From Selaginella moellendorffii (taxonomy: Eukaryota; Plantae; Lycopodiophyta), in contig NW_003314294.1 of NCBI RefSeq assembly GCF_000143415.4, forward strand, positions 909,442 to 973,441: a stretch of DNA of 64,000 bases, in the 5' to 3' direction. The notes under the pieces are model-generated. The model worked only from the letters and a program-made list of their open reading frames with translations, searched no databases and was not told the origin of the DNA. The translations under genes and the position numbers were made by a program. Below, one piece after another: positions 10,669 through 22,915 of the stretch; within the stretch, counting starts at the first letter, position 1; every line of letters begins with the position of its first letter.

Positions 10669-13215
10669 ATGCAAAAGCAAGAGGTTTCACAGGTTGCTAA
10701 GGCGTTGTTCCTGGAACTAATAATGCTCCTCACAGTTACTTCTGAAGGGAAGTTGTACACGATACCTGATAAATGGCGCATTTTCATGAACAACAGTCTC
10801 CCAGAATTCCAAGGCGATGGCAGATCCGGGAGTTATCGCCTGGTGAGTGCTCTTCCAAAGGATAACCCTTCTAGCCGGCCAGAATCTCTACGCAGCGACG
10901 ATGAAAACTTGGGCTTAGCATTCCTCAACTTCAATGGATCAAACAAGTATTACCTGGCACTGATGTTTGGCACTCGCAACTCTTCCACAGCAGCTCCCGT
11001 CTGGATAGCCAACCGGAACACTCCAGTGTCAGGAAATTCAATGCTCGCTAAAACAGGTGGTCGCTTACAGCTCCTGGATGCAAATGGTTCCGTGGCATGG
11101 TCTCCAAACGAAAGCGTTGCCTATATCGGCATTCAGAATTCCGGGAACTTGCAGCTCTTCGATGAATCTGAGACCCCGGTATGGAGTTCCTTTGATCGCC
11201 CATGGAGCGCACTGATGCCAAACCAGAAGCTAGTAACTGGACAGTCAGTTGTGAGTAACAAAAACGCCTCAGACCCCAGCGAAGGCTCGTATATCGCAGA
11301 GATACAGGCCAGTGGATCAGTCGGATACATGAGCATCGGTTCCAAGAAAAAGCAGCCTTACATGTTGTGGAGCTTCGTCGGATCACAAATTGGCTCGCCC
11401 AGTGTAACCTGCCCAGGATTTCGAACTGCTCTTTCATTCACGCCAGCAGGAGAAATGAGCATGGTATACGAACCTATTCGTGTTGGTGGTAACGAACAGC
11501 CGTGTGGCTCTCCACTGTCCGGGGAAATATTCCCAGGGAACACCACAATGAGGTATTTCCAGCTTGCCGATGATGGGACCATGGTTTCATACAGGCGAGA
11601 GTTGGCAAATGGAAGCTGGGAGCTCGATAGCACGAGTCAGTTCTTTCCACCGCCAGCGCCATGCGGGAGCTATGGGCTGCTCGAGAAAGGAAAGCAGTGT
11701 CAGTGCCTGACCAACGAAGCAAACAACTCTACTACCTCAGCACTTGGAAGTTGTGCCCAGCCAGAATGGTCTTCTCTTGCAAACTGCAGCTCCAGGTACG
11801 AGACCGACTTTGTAACACTCGCAGGTGCATCGTACTTCGCCAACACTTTCAACCCTCCCGATAGAACAGGCGCTGCAATGCAAGATTGCCTCGAGCAATG
11901 CAAATCCACTTGCTCCTGTGCGGCGTTCTTTTTCGACCAGGCGCTCCAGAATTGCTTTTTCATAGAAGACGTCCTGGGAAGCTTGACGGTAGACTCGAAC
12001 AAGACTCAGCAACTGTTCGGCTTTCTGAAGTACCAGAATTACTCCAGGTTAGTGCCTGTTGACAACTCATCGTCAGACACTCCAAAGCTCCTAGTGATCG
12101 GAATTACCTCTGGAGGAGCTGCTGTAGCCATTGTAACTTTTGCGTTGCTTTTCACGATCCTGCATCGAAGGAGGGTCATGCTCGACGAACTAAACAGTTT
12201 CCTTACCGGTGTACAAGCTTCGCCTTACAGGTTCTCGTTCAGCAGCCTATACTCTGCAACAAAAGGATTCACAAAGGTTTTAGGAAGCGGAGGTTGCGGC
12301 ACAGTGTACGAAGGAATGCTTCACAACGGGATGAAGCTGGCAGTGAAGAAACTCAGCACACAGCATGGACAAAAGGAGTTTGTAACAGAAGTCTCGGCTC
12401 TGGGAAACATAAGCCACATCAACATTGTCAAACTCTATGGCTTCTGTGCCGATGCTTCACACAGGCTGCTCGTCTACGAGCTCATGCCCAATGGTTCCTT
12501 GGACAGATGGATTTTCTCCGACAACAAGAACAAACTGGACTGGAAACTTCGACACAGCATTGCCCTCGACACTGCTCGAGGACTGGCCTACTTGCACGAG
12601 GAATCCAGAGACTCGATCATCCACTTGGATATCAAGCCACAAAACATCCTCCTGGGTGACAAGTTTGAGGCCAAAGTCGCAGACTTTGGCATGGCGAAGC
12701 TACTCATGGACAGAGATCAAAATGGAGTGGTCACTGGAGTGAGAGGAACTCCAGGATATCTAGCTCCAGAGTGGCTGCTACACTCAACAGCGACCAAGAA
12801 ATGCGACGTCTACAGCTATGGAATGGTGCTCCTGGAGCTCATTGGCGGCAGGAAAAATCTAGACTGCTCCAAGATGGAGTCGCCACTGAGCTGGTACTTC
12901 CCAGCCTGGGCCATGAGCGAAATCCGGAAAGGGAACACGATGCAAGTGGTGGATCCGAGCGTCAAGGACTCGGCAGACACAAGGCAGGCAAAGAATATGA
13001 TCCACATCGCATTCTGGTGCACGCAAGATGATCCAGCAGCTAGACCGACAATGGATGCAGTAGTGCGAATGCTGGAGAGCGAGGAGGAGATCGAGGAGCC
13101 GCCGCTTACCTTCCAGTTCGATGTCCAAGCGCCTGGAATCCTCACCATCACCTCCAGCGGCGACATCGCGACATTCACATACATCACCAAAAACCCTTTA
13201 GCCCATGAGCCCTAA
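10669..13215 (+). CDS. G-type lectin S-receptor-like Ser/Thr kinase RLK2, copy A (SD2-type, intronless, non-RD), 848 aa
   Basis: Signal peptide; B-lectin (VWIANRNTPV, NSGNLQL, WSSFDRP); CGSYGL EGF-like; PAN (CLEQCKSTCSC); TM; kinase GSGGCG, LAVK, HLDIKPQN, DFG, GTPGYLAPE. Confidence 0.95.
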   Translation: MQKQEVSQVAKALFLELIMLLTVTSEGKLYTIPDKWRIFMNNSLPEFQGDGRSGSYRLVSALPKDNPSSRPESLRSDDENLGLAFLNFNGSNKYYLALMFGTRNSSTAAPVWIANRNTPVSGNSMLAKTGGRLQLLDANGSVAWSPNESVAYIGIQNSGNLQLFDESETPVWSSFDRPWSALMPNQKLVTGQSVVSNKNASDPSEGSYIAEIQASGSVGYMSIGSKKKQPYMLWSFVGSQIGSPSVTCPGFRTALSFTPAGEMSMVYEPIRVGGNEQPCGSPLSGEIFPGNTTMRYFQLADDGTMVSYRRELANGSWELDSTSQFFPPPAPCGSYGLLEKGKQCQCLTNEANNSTTSALGSCAQPEWSSLANCSSRYETDFVTLAGASYFANTFNPPDRTGAAMQDCLEQCKSTCSCAAFFFDQALQNCFFIEDVLGSLTVDSNKTQQLFGFLKYQNYSRLVPVDNSSSDTPKLLVIGITSGGAAVAIVTFALLFTILHRRRVMLDELNSFLTGVQASPYRFSFSSLYSATKGFTKVLGSGGCGTVYEGMLHNGMKLAVKKLSTQHGQKEFVTEVSALGNISHINIVKLYGFCADASHRLLVYELMPNGSLDRWIFSDNKNKLDWKLRHSIALDTARGLAYLHEESRDSIIHLDIKPQNILLGDKFEAKVADFGMAKLLMDRDQNGVVTGVRGTPGYLAPEWLLHSTATKKCDVYSYGMVLLELIGGRKNLDCSKMESPLSWYFPAWAMSEIRKGNTMQVVDPSVKDSADTRQAKNMIHIAFWCTQDDPAARPTMDAVVRMLESEEEIEEPPLTFQFDVQAPGILTITSSGDIATFTYITKNPLAHEP

Positions 13216-13949
13216 AATTCAAATACCAATTAAATTACTAATTGAGTTTTTGCATCTTTTACTAAGGAAATTAGTCATGACAGAAAAAGCGTCTAAGTGC
13301 AAGTTGCCTTTGCTGGTTTTTTTTTCCAATCGTCATTCCAGTCTTGAAAAGAACCTCCAAATCTGATTAAAAAAAAACTAGGAGAAAAAAAAAATACTTT
13401 TGTGCATAATTCTTACTTGAGAACGTTCCGAATTTAACAGATACATTAGTGAACCAGCTCGCACAATTTCTCCTGGGATCGCTCGGCTTGTTGGCATGCA
13501 CCACAGCTCCAAACTTGTCTCCAACCAAATAAGCTTTCCGCAAAAAGTCTCTTTCATGTCAAGCTCAAGTTCTGGGAATCAAAAACAACAATCCATTTGC
13601 CCACGGTCAGAAAGGTAAGGTTTCCATGACCTAGCATTGTACAGTACATAGCTGTTGTTCTTTATTACATGCTTGGGTTTGGCAAACTAGTTCCATTCTT
13701 CACCACCTTTCCTGTCCAAGACTAAGACCACAAGTGATAATGATCTGAGGAGACGCTAATAAGAGAGAAAACAGGGTACCAGCGTCTGACCTAGCTACCC
13801 CGTAAGCCACTAGGACTAACACTCCCACTCTGGCGCAGTAACTCAGACTCACTCTCTCATGAGCGAGTGCGCAATAGCTGCGCCAGCACCTCACGACCGC
13901 TCCTGTTTCTCCTGCAACTGTAAACGGTTGCAATTGAGAGCAAATTTAT

Positions 13950-16450
13950 CCTGTGGAAGAGACTTGGTCAGCATATCAGCAAGCTGCTCGGTGGTAGAGC
14001 AAAATTGGAGGACAATAATGCCCGCTGGACCTGCTCTCGGACATAGTGATAACGGAGCTGAATGTGCTTAGCTCTGTCATGAAACTTTGATGTAGCTGAA
14101 AGAGCAATTGCGCTAATGTTGTCACAAAACAACATCGTGGGCTGAACAAGAAAATGTCCAAGCTCTGTGAGCAATAAGCGAATCCAGACAGCCTCTTTGC
14201 ACGCTCAGCACGCAGAAATAGACGACAGAGTTGTGATGCTCTGTTTCTTGCTCCTCTAAGTCAAAGTTGAGGCACCGAGAAGGCGGATGTAGATTTGCGG
14301 GTGTCTTTGTCACCAGCCCAATCTGAGTCGAGGCACCGAGAATAAAAACGTAGGCGGATGTAGATTTGCGGGTGTCTTTGCCTGCAGCGCCATCTGAGTC
14401 GCAGTAGCCGCGCAAGTGGAATTGCTCATCTGGGACACGAGAATATGTAAGCGCCAAGAATTTCGCCACGACTCCCACTGCATGCGCTAAATCTGGGCCG
14501 GTACAAATAACAAGATAAATCAGACTACCAACAGCTGCACGATACGGAATCCTCTCCATGGAATTGCTCTCAGCTTCAGTGGTTGGTGACTGAGTTTTAG
14601 AAAGCTGAAGAGTAAGCTCCATAGGTGTGGAAACTGGAGTACTGTCGTGCATATTAAAGCATTTGAGAATTTCGTCCACATAGCGCTGCTGAGAAAGATG
14701 AATAGTTCCACGGGACCGGTCTCGAATAATATTAAGACCAAGACAAAACTTAATATCTCCAAGATCGTCCTTCTCAAATTGAGACAAGAGCTGCTCTTTG
14801 ATCTTATGTAGAAAAGAAAGACAATTTGCTAGTAAGATCAAATCGTCGACATATAACGCAATAAGGACCATCATCTTTTCAACATGTTTCTGGTACACGT
14901 TCTGATCAGCAGCATTTCTTGAAAACCAATAGAAATGAGAAATTTGTCCATTTTGTCGAACCAAGCTTTAGGAGACTGTTTAAGACCATATAAAGCTTTC
15001 TTGACCACCCCGGGCTCCCTCTGGTTGCTGGATGAAAATTTCTTCAGTAAGATCTCCATGTAAAAATGCTGTACGAACATCCATTTGATGCACCTCGAGA
15101 TCCTAAAGCTAGCAAAACTCGAATAGAGGCCATGCGAAATAGCCATTTTGTTGAGACCACCTGGCGGTCAGCTGGCTTTGAAACGAGCGTCCAGGTGTCG
15201 TTCTTTTGAAGCGAGAGATACTCAGAATCCATAGCAGCTCGCCACTCCACAGCATGAGGACCTGTGAGCGCTTCAGTCACCGTTCTTGGCTCAGGACCAT
15301 CTTTAGAACCAACTTGACCGCGACCTGAAAAAGTGTTGACTCTCGGCAGCATCCTGAGCTCGTTGAGATGGAAAAAGTGGCCGGCCAGAACGAGAATAGC
15401 CGACAGGGTCACACTGAGAACGAGGCCGCTCAACGGGACGAGATCTAGCTCTGGTAACTCAGGTGGCGGTAAGGTGGGGTTGATGTTTGCTCCGGCGGAT
15501 GAAGAGGCGGTGGAGGATTGAGTGGTGGAGGAGGAGGTTGTTGAGCTGCTGGTGGAGCTCCCCTGAAGCTGGAAGCACCGGAACTTCTTCCACAAGTCGC
15601 CAAGTTGAAGGAGTTGGAGTGGAAAAAACCTTCACATCACGTGCTGGGAAAAACTGCCAGTCTAAGAAGGACAAAATTCTGTATGCCTTTTGTGTCCTCG
15701 CCATAACCAACAAACACACCCTTGATACTGCGAGAGGCAATCGAGCAAGGTTCTTGGCATAAACTAAGCAACCGAATACTCCAAGGTGTGCAACGGATGG
15801 CTTCTTTCCAGTCCATAATTCTTCTGGAGTGATATTAGAAAGAGTAGATGTTGGAAGACGATTGCGAAGATAAGCAGCGGTAACAATAGCCTCTCCCCAA
15901 AAAGATTCTGGACAACCAGCGCCAAGGAGCATTGCACGAGTAGACTCGACCAACGTGCGGTTCATGCGTTCTGCTGCTCCTTTCTGCTGTGGCGTCCCTG
16001 GAACGGTGAATTGCTGAACAATTCCACAATAGTTTTGAAATTTCTTGGAAACATACTCACCGCCATTATCAGACCTCAGGATTTTGAGGGATTTGCCAGT
16101 CTGCTTCTCTGCTCGAGACCGAAAATCCACGAAGAGGGAAAACACTTCCCTTTTACGAGACATAACTCTCACTTCCACTCGCCTGGAATAATCGTCTATA
16201 AATGTGACAAAATATGTGTTGCCACCAAGAGAAGCAATTGCCATAGAACCAACATCAGAGTGAACTAGTCCAAGGAGATCAGCTGCTCGTTCATGAGAAT
16301 TCTTCGGAAATGGTGCACGATGAAGCTTGCCTTGAATACACGGCTCGCAAAAATCCAAAGGCTCCACTATATCCAGGTCACAAGCTGCAACAAGCTGCTT
16401 CTTAACAAGTTTCTCAAGAGCTTGCTGATGCACATGGCCAAAGCGTCAAT
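13950..16450 (-). pseudogene. Copia pol remnant (integrase-RT-RNaseH), frameshifted and internally deleted
   Basis: ORF fragments 15459-16433 (integrase), 15044-15595, 14122-14964 (RT) and 13968-14174 (RNaseH) in Copia domain order. Confidence 0.9.
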
Positions 16451-17107
16451 TCCTTGGCCATAAATATACGAGGAGGAGGCACTAAAATAGCATCAAGCTT
16501 GTAAATATCAGCATACCTGCTACCGTGCATTGCCTCGACCCCATCAAGAGAAAAAATAATGCCTCGTTGATCTCCAGAAAATTGACTAATAATCAGACTA
16601 CAGAGTGGGAGTAGGCTTCTGCCACGTGGCACAGGGTAGTTAGGTCAGTCGCTGGTGGCCACGGCCATCCTGTTTTCTCTCTTATTAGCGTCTCCTCAGA
16701 TCATTATCATCAGATTGTAGATCCTGATGGTTCACCATGCTAGGAGAGACTTGTGCTTTCTGATCAACAACTGCCGACTACACAGAGTACGGCAGAACAT
16801 GGCAAGCAGTAGTACTGTTGCCAGTGTATTGGAGTAGCGTTTAATCCCTTTGTACAAGGGAGATTTTGCAAATTGGGCTGCCCTCATGAAAGTTGTGTGA
16901 TAATTGCGATGGGATTGTTTTAGGCAAAGAATTTGAACCAGCCCAAGGTGCTCCTGAATTAACAGACTGGAAGTGAGCCTTATCTACAATGGTTATTGGT
17001 CTAGGCAAGTAGTACATTCATCTTCTTGATCTTGATAATAATGCTCCCACAAATTGGGCCAATCTAACCCAGTTTCTTGGTGCTCAAACGGTTGAACATG
17101 TGGTCAT

Positions 17108-18859
17108 TATAAATGACTAATTTTTCCATTCTACTTTAGTCATTTAATCGCACCTCCAACCACTTAGAGGAGTTTCATTCACAACCTTCATAAATCCCAT
17201 TCAAGACTTGGGGCTTGCTAGCCCTGAAAAAAGCATCCCTGCCACTCAACCTTTGCACTTGGTCCAAGTGCTCTACGTGTCCAATCCCATGACCGACACC
17301 CCAAGATACCACTGACCTCTCAACCCATTACGCTAAGGCCATGCCCATTTAAATTAGTCACACTAGTGGTCCAACACCACTTGCATCGCAGTTCCGTCTC
17401 TCAAGACTAGGCCATCCATCCATGAGTGATCATCCCAGATCCACTCCTTAGCATCCTTAGGATGCCCCCAGATATGAGGAATAGCCTTCCCCAATATCTC
17501 TTTTCCAATCCCCACCAAGTCCCTTTTTGTCCATAGCTGTGTTTGCCAACACTGTCATTGGATCAAGGCCCACAGGCCCGACCTCTAAGTCCCACTATCC
17601 TTTGGGACTTCCTCACCATGTGACTGTATCCTTGGTCATTGCACTAGAGGATTGCTCTTCTTCCTTTTCACCGTATGAGATTTTGGGACAACATTTCGGA
17701 ACACCATGGCCTTACGCGAGCCTCATGGGTACTCTCCCCACCTTCTGCCTTTTGGTGCTCTAGCCATGGGCTTAGAGCGAGGTTCCGTTGAGCCACGCCA
17801 GGTATCCAAGTAGGTAGTGCCACCCACACTTGGACTAGAAGCATCGACCATTCGATCTCCCGGGGGAACTAGAGCTGGCTCTTGAATACTTCACCAAGCT
17901 ACCCCACTTGTCGGTCCATATTCACTCTAGTCTTAGACTTCCCAGTGGTCAGCTCATCACCCAACACTTGGGTACAGCTTTCCTGGGCCAAACTAGCCTT
18001 TCTTGGCCAAACTGGCTCCACTGCAGTCCTCCCCCTTACTATACTTTTGGAGCTCACCAAACCCCCTAGGGTCTGGGACACAAACGCTTTGGGCTTTCAC
18101 CCTCTCAAACTCGAACTCGGACTCGGACTTGGGCTCAATCTTGGCCTTGGCCTTGGTCTCGGTCTCAGTCCCGGTCCCGGTCTCGGTCTCGGTCCCAGTC
18201 TCGGTCTCGATCTCAGTCCTGGTCTCAGTCTCGATCTCGACTTCGGACTCCATCTTGGGTCCTTCTCGGACTCCATCTTGGGTCCATCTTGGACTCCATC
18301 TCGGACTCCATCTCGGGTCCATCTCGGGTCCATCTTAGACTCCATCTTGGGTCCATCTCAGGTCCATCTCGGACTCCACCTCGGGTCCACCTCAGACTCC
18401 ACCTCGGGTCCACCTCGGACTCCACGGACTCCATCTCGGACTCCATCTCGGACTCCATCTCGGGTCCATCTCGGGTCCACCTCGGACTCCACCTCAGACT
18501 CTATCTCAGACTCCACCTCGGACTCTATCTCGGACTCCATCTCAGGTCCATCTCGGGTCCACCTTGGACTCCATCTCGGACTCCATCTCGGGTCCATCTC
18601 AGACTCCGTCTCAGATCCATCTCGGACACTTCCACGTGTCATGTGTCGATCCTATTGTGTTCCTTTTCTAGAGACTCACTTATCTCTCACTTCGTGCTTG
18701 TTCGTTGAGCACTTCGTTAGGAGTTCCACTCCTGCTCTCGACCTTTATAGTCGGAGCTTTTAGTCCAAATGTGTTACGCTTGTTTGGTTTTCGCTTCGGC
18801 CACTACTACCTAGCACCCTTCTGGTTTCACTTTGAGGCCTAGGGATTTTGTGTCTCACA
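17108..18859 (-). repeat. LTR 1 (about 1.75 kb) of the tandem array
   Basis: Starts TATAAATGAC (variant of TGTAAGCGAC) and ends TCTCACA. Confidence 0.85.
18105..18628 (+). repeat. LTR-internal micro/minisatellite: 6-mers (GGACTC/GGTCTC) grading into GGACTCCATCTC / GGGTCCATCTC units
   Basis: Seen directly; identical copy at 23903-24426. Confidence 0.9.
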
Positions 18860-21800
18860 ACTCCACCACCCATAAACAAAGTTCGATGTCCTCATCAAAT
18901 GATAAACCCTTTTATAAAGTAACACCCACACGTATTACCATTTTCATCCTTGGCACCCATTCAATATTTGTCTATGGTTTGACATTGAAGGCTCACCATG
19001 CCTTGTCCATCCTCTAAGGAGCATAGTCTCTCCAATATAAAGACTTATTCGACCACCTAGGGTGGTTTGCTCCCTTTTATTGGTTCAGTTCCCGCTAAAC
19101 CCGTTAGAGAAATCTTCTCTAACTCAATTCCACTACTCATTCTCGAGTAGTCTCAGATTCCATCGACATAACCTTTGCATTTTGGAACTTTTAATTTTGA
19201 CTTTTCAGAGTCAATTTCCTAGATGTCTCTAACACCTTACATTGCACATGGTGCAACTCCACTTCCCCATCCTAGGAAGTTCCTTACTTGAGAGCACCAT
19301 CATCCTCTCTTCGATATCGTGCCACATTTGGCACTAAGTTCCAGTTATCGTAATTTGTGCTAGGGCTGTCCATTGCCCTATCATTTTGCTACTTTACCAC
19401 TCCTTCCCTTGGAGCTTCCATTTTTGCCAAATCGGAGCAATTGGGAACCTATCTTTGGAAACACATTACCTTCCCATATTCCATTAGCGTCCAATACATT
19501 AGTGTTCCTGGATTAACTTTGCCATTTGGCTTCTATCCCATGATTCCCATGGCCCTTTTTTTAGCCACTAGATTTTTGCTCCTATATTTGATTGTTGCAC
19601 CAAGCAACACATGATCGCCACCTCCATTCTCGAAGTATCCTTTCAATTCCATAGCAAAGACTTTGCTTTGCCAAGTCCAGAGGGTGTTCACCCTTAGTAC
19701 GTCTTTTTAGCATTTTCTGTTGTGGGCTCTATCACAGGCCAACTTGAGACCCCCCCATGGATCTTTTATAAAGACTACTTTCCTCGGACTTATTATGCCA
19801 TCGCATTGACATAGCTCATTTCCCTTAGGTGTTCTTCCCACTTGGTCATCTTGACCAAGCCACACCATCATCAATAGTTCCAATCAACACTTTATACTTG
19901 GAACTTTATCTCTTAACCTCACAAAGACTTTGTCCTTGTTTTAGCCATAAGATCACATAGTGATCTAACCTTGGCATTTTAATAAGTTTGCCAATAGATA
20001 CTAGGTCTTCCAAACCTTTAAATTGTTCACCATGACCCCAAGAGCATCCCCCACATTTGGTGGTGCACCCAAGCTAGCCCTTCCGGCCAAGGGTCCATAG
20101 CAACTGAGACTGGGTGTCCCCATCTCATTCACCATGTCCTTGGTGCCCTTCGCACCAAAGTGTTCAAGTTAGATATGCTGAACCACACTAAGCAATCTAA
20201 TCGTACATCACGACTCTGGGGCATCCCCCACTTGGCGATATGCCCAAACTAATCTCCTTACTAAGAATCCATGACCACCGAAAAATGAGTGTCCTCATAT
20301 TCCAAACTATCACCTCACCCTAGTGAGTTGGGACTTGAACCCAAGCACTAGAGGGTCAGGACTCAAACCCAACCTCCATATATGCATCTACGGATGGCAT
20401 CACACAGGATGCCTAGCGTGACTCCCCACGCCGGTGCACCAACTTATATTTAAAGCGCACTACAGATCACTGCTTAAGAACCTAGTTCCTCTGCACTGCC
20501 AAGTCTTCTCACTTGACAAGTCTGTGATCATGCATGGACTCCTTTATGCTTGGCCCCATGGGCCACCCCTTTGAAGTTGGCTCCTTCAACTAGAGCATTC
20601 GTTCCCCTGACCTGCCAATCTCACTTAGTAAGTCATCCAACCACTGTAACATAGTTCATGCATAAGCGTGAAAGTCCTTAACCATTGATTTTCGTTCAAA
20701 GCCCTCTCTTTGAACACTCGGGAACTACTTCCTTAACCTTGATAGCCTCGCCTTTTGGCAAGCTTTAAGACCACACTTCTGCTACGCCACTCTGATTTCG
20801 CACGCTCTATAAACCATTTACACTTGGATGTCTAAGTACTTATCTACCTAGAGGAATGTTCAAGGAACTCTGTTCCTTAGCTTGTTAAGGTCTCTCTATT
20901 TGTAAAATTTCCAATTGCCATATAATCTAACATGGACAATTCCATGTTTTAGACTCTCCATGGCATCATAGTCGCTAGTAACAACATGCTTAAGCACCCA
21001 CTTGATTTTCCACTCCTAACTTGTATAACCACCCTTGGTCATGCCTGCCAACTCTTATAGTTCGGTTCTATCTTTTTACTATTTGCCTTTTGGCCTACTT
21101 ATATACATTCCCTTTGGTTATTCTTCTTTAGATTAGGAAGATAGCTTTGCACTTTGTACCATGTATTGGCAAGTATCCATAGAGATGAACCTACTTGACA
21201 ACCTAGGGAGTGGCTCTTCAATCCAGGTTTGCTCACCTTATAATCCCACACACTGGGATTACCATTGCTACTTAGGGGCGTTTATATACCCATCACTAGC
21301 CTTGCCAAAATCCCTTTTTGGCTTTGTCCAATTTGGGTAGACAGACTTCTTCTGTCTCCGCAACCTTGGACATTTGGATAGCACCTCCTATCCATCATTC
21401 GTTAGGGACTTTATCCTTTAGGCATTATCCATTGCCTTCACGACACCAAATACCCCCTCTTGGTGTTCTAGAGTGCTTGGGTGTCCCAATGATAACCTCT
21501 TTGGCAATGAGCATTCCCTTTACGACATTGATTTACTATATCGCAACATAAGCAATTTATCCCCCATAAGGGTATATTTAACTTTCTTATCCCAATAAAA
21601 AGTCTTAGGTAGTTACCTTCTACCAGTTTAACCAATTATTTTACACCTTTTGCTTAGTTACTTTGTAGTTGTCAAGTCCTACAACTCATTGTTAGTGCTT
21701 CCACACTTCCATCATTATTTGGGTCACCACACTCCAATCGCATGCCTTCCAGCTTAGGCTATGTCATTCCCATTTCCATTAGGATTCCTTTGGGAAAGGG

Positions 21801-22915
21801 TTTTCATGAACCCACCAACTTGACCTCAAGGCATCATGTCTTAGCACATTCAGTGTCTCCACACCATCGGCTTTATAAGCCTACATTTACAACACTTCTT
21901 ATTTATGTCTTGGTCTTTTACCAAGACCAATATAATTGTCTCTTATGCCAACTATCCATTAGCACTACACCATAGAGTTCATGCACAACTTTGTGTCAAA
22001 GTTGTTTTCTTTCGAGAAACTCTTTCCCATGACTTTTGCATGGCACCTTCTGCCACTAATAAAATAAACACTATTCTCATACTTAGATCTTAAGATCCTC
22101 CCCATCCTTCATGGGGCACCACACACCTTAGTGTAAATGCTTTTACCAATCCTTTAAGATCATCCCTTGACTCTACTCGAGTCATATAGCATTTTTGGAC
22201 TTTGCCAATCCAATGACCCATAAGGTTTTATTTTTGAGGTGACAGCACACTGGAATACAACTTCGTGTATTCATGTCCTACTCATAAGGACCATCTTTGC
22301 AAGTGTCATTCTAACACTTTATTATTTTCTATTCTCTGTGGGCTATCTTTGCCCTTTAGGACTATCCGTCCATATGATGAGAATATCGACTCATCCTTTG
22401 AGCACACCCCCAACTTCTTGGGTTTATTCCAGCATTTATAAAAGGTAATATCAGCTACCACTTCAAGGACTTGTGTCCTCATCCATACTTAACCTCTCAC
22501 GGTCATCCATTCCGGTCTCACCTTTATGAGCACCAGCCTCAACTATGTGAGGATAATTTTGTGACTCCTTTATTGTTTTGGAGTTTCTATCTTTCCTGTG
22601 ATCCCAACTGTAATTATTTACCACAACTACATTAGCCAATTTGTTACGTCAAATGCTCATCTAGATCACATCCTCAACTCCCTGAAGAAACCCTTATACT
22701 ATTCCTAAAATCCCAAAGTCGTTCCATTATTAGCCCTTTTCTATCTACCGCCTCACCTACAAGTTCACACATGAATTGTAGTGGAGAGCCATGTCTTCCT
22801 GACATGCTACTCCTCAAGGATAGGCCCACTCCTAAGACCTTCCGATGCCAACACTAGCGGTGATATACTTGAGCACCAATAAAAGTCAGACTAAGGAACA
22901 ACTCCGATACCAAAT

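Noticed and set aside
7868-13190. Numerous antisense or alternative-frame ORFs overlapping the RLKs and the coiled-coil gene
   Set aside because: Shadow ORFs of GC-rich coding sequence; they recur only because the region is duplicated.
18244-18628. Possible CRISPR-like array
   Set aside because: No unique spacers; a pure tandem minisatellite in a eukaryotic LTR.
17882-18763. Long ORFs (293, 281, 319 and 247 aa; LGLGLG/RVHLG/SDSIS) in the LTRs, also 23716-24561 and 31884-32843
   Set aside because: By-products of stop-free 6/11/12-bp repeats; several frames on both strands are open and no domain is recognisable.
20320-20380. tRNA T-loop/B-box-like GGTTCAAGTCCC on the minus strand (also about 26130)
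   Set aside because: No cloverleaf or A-box could be identified; too little evidence for a tRNA or SINE.
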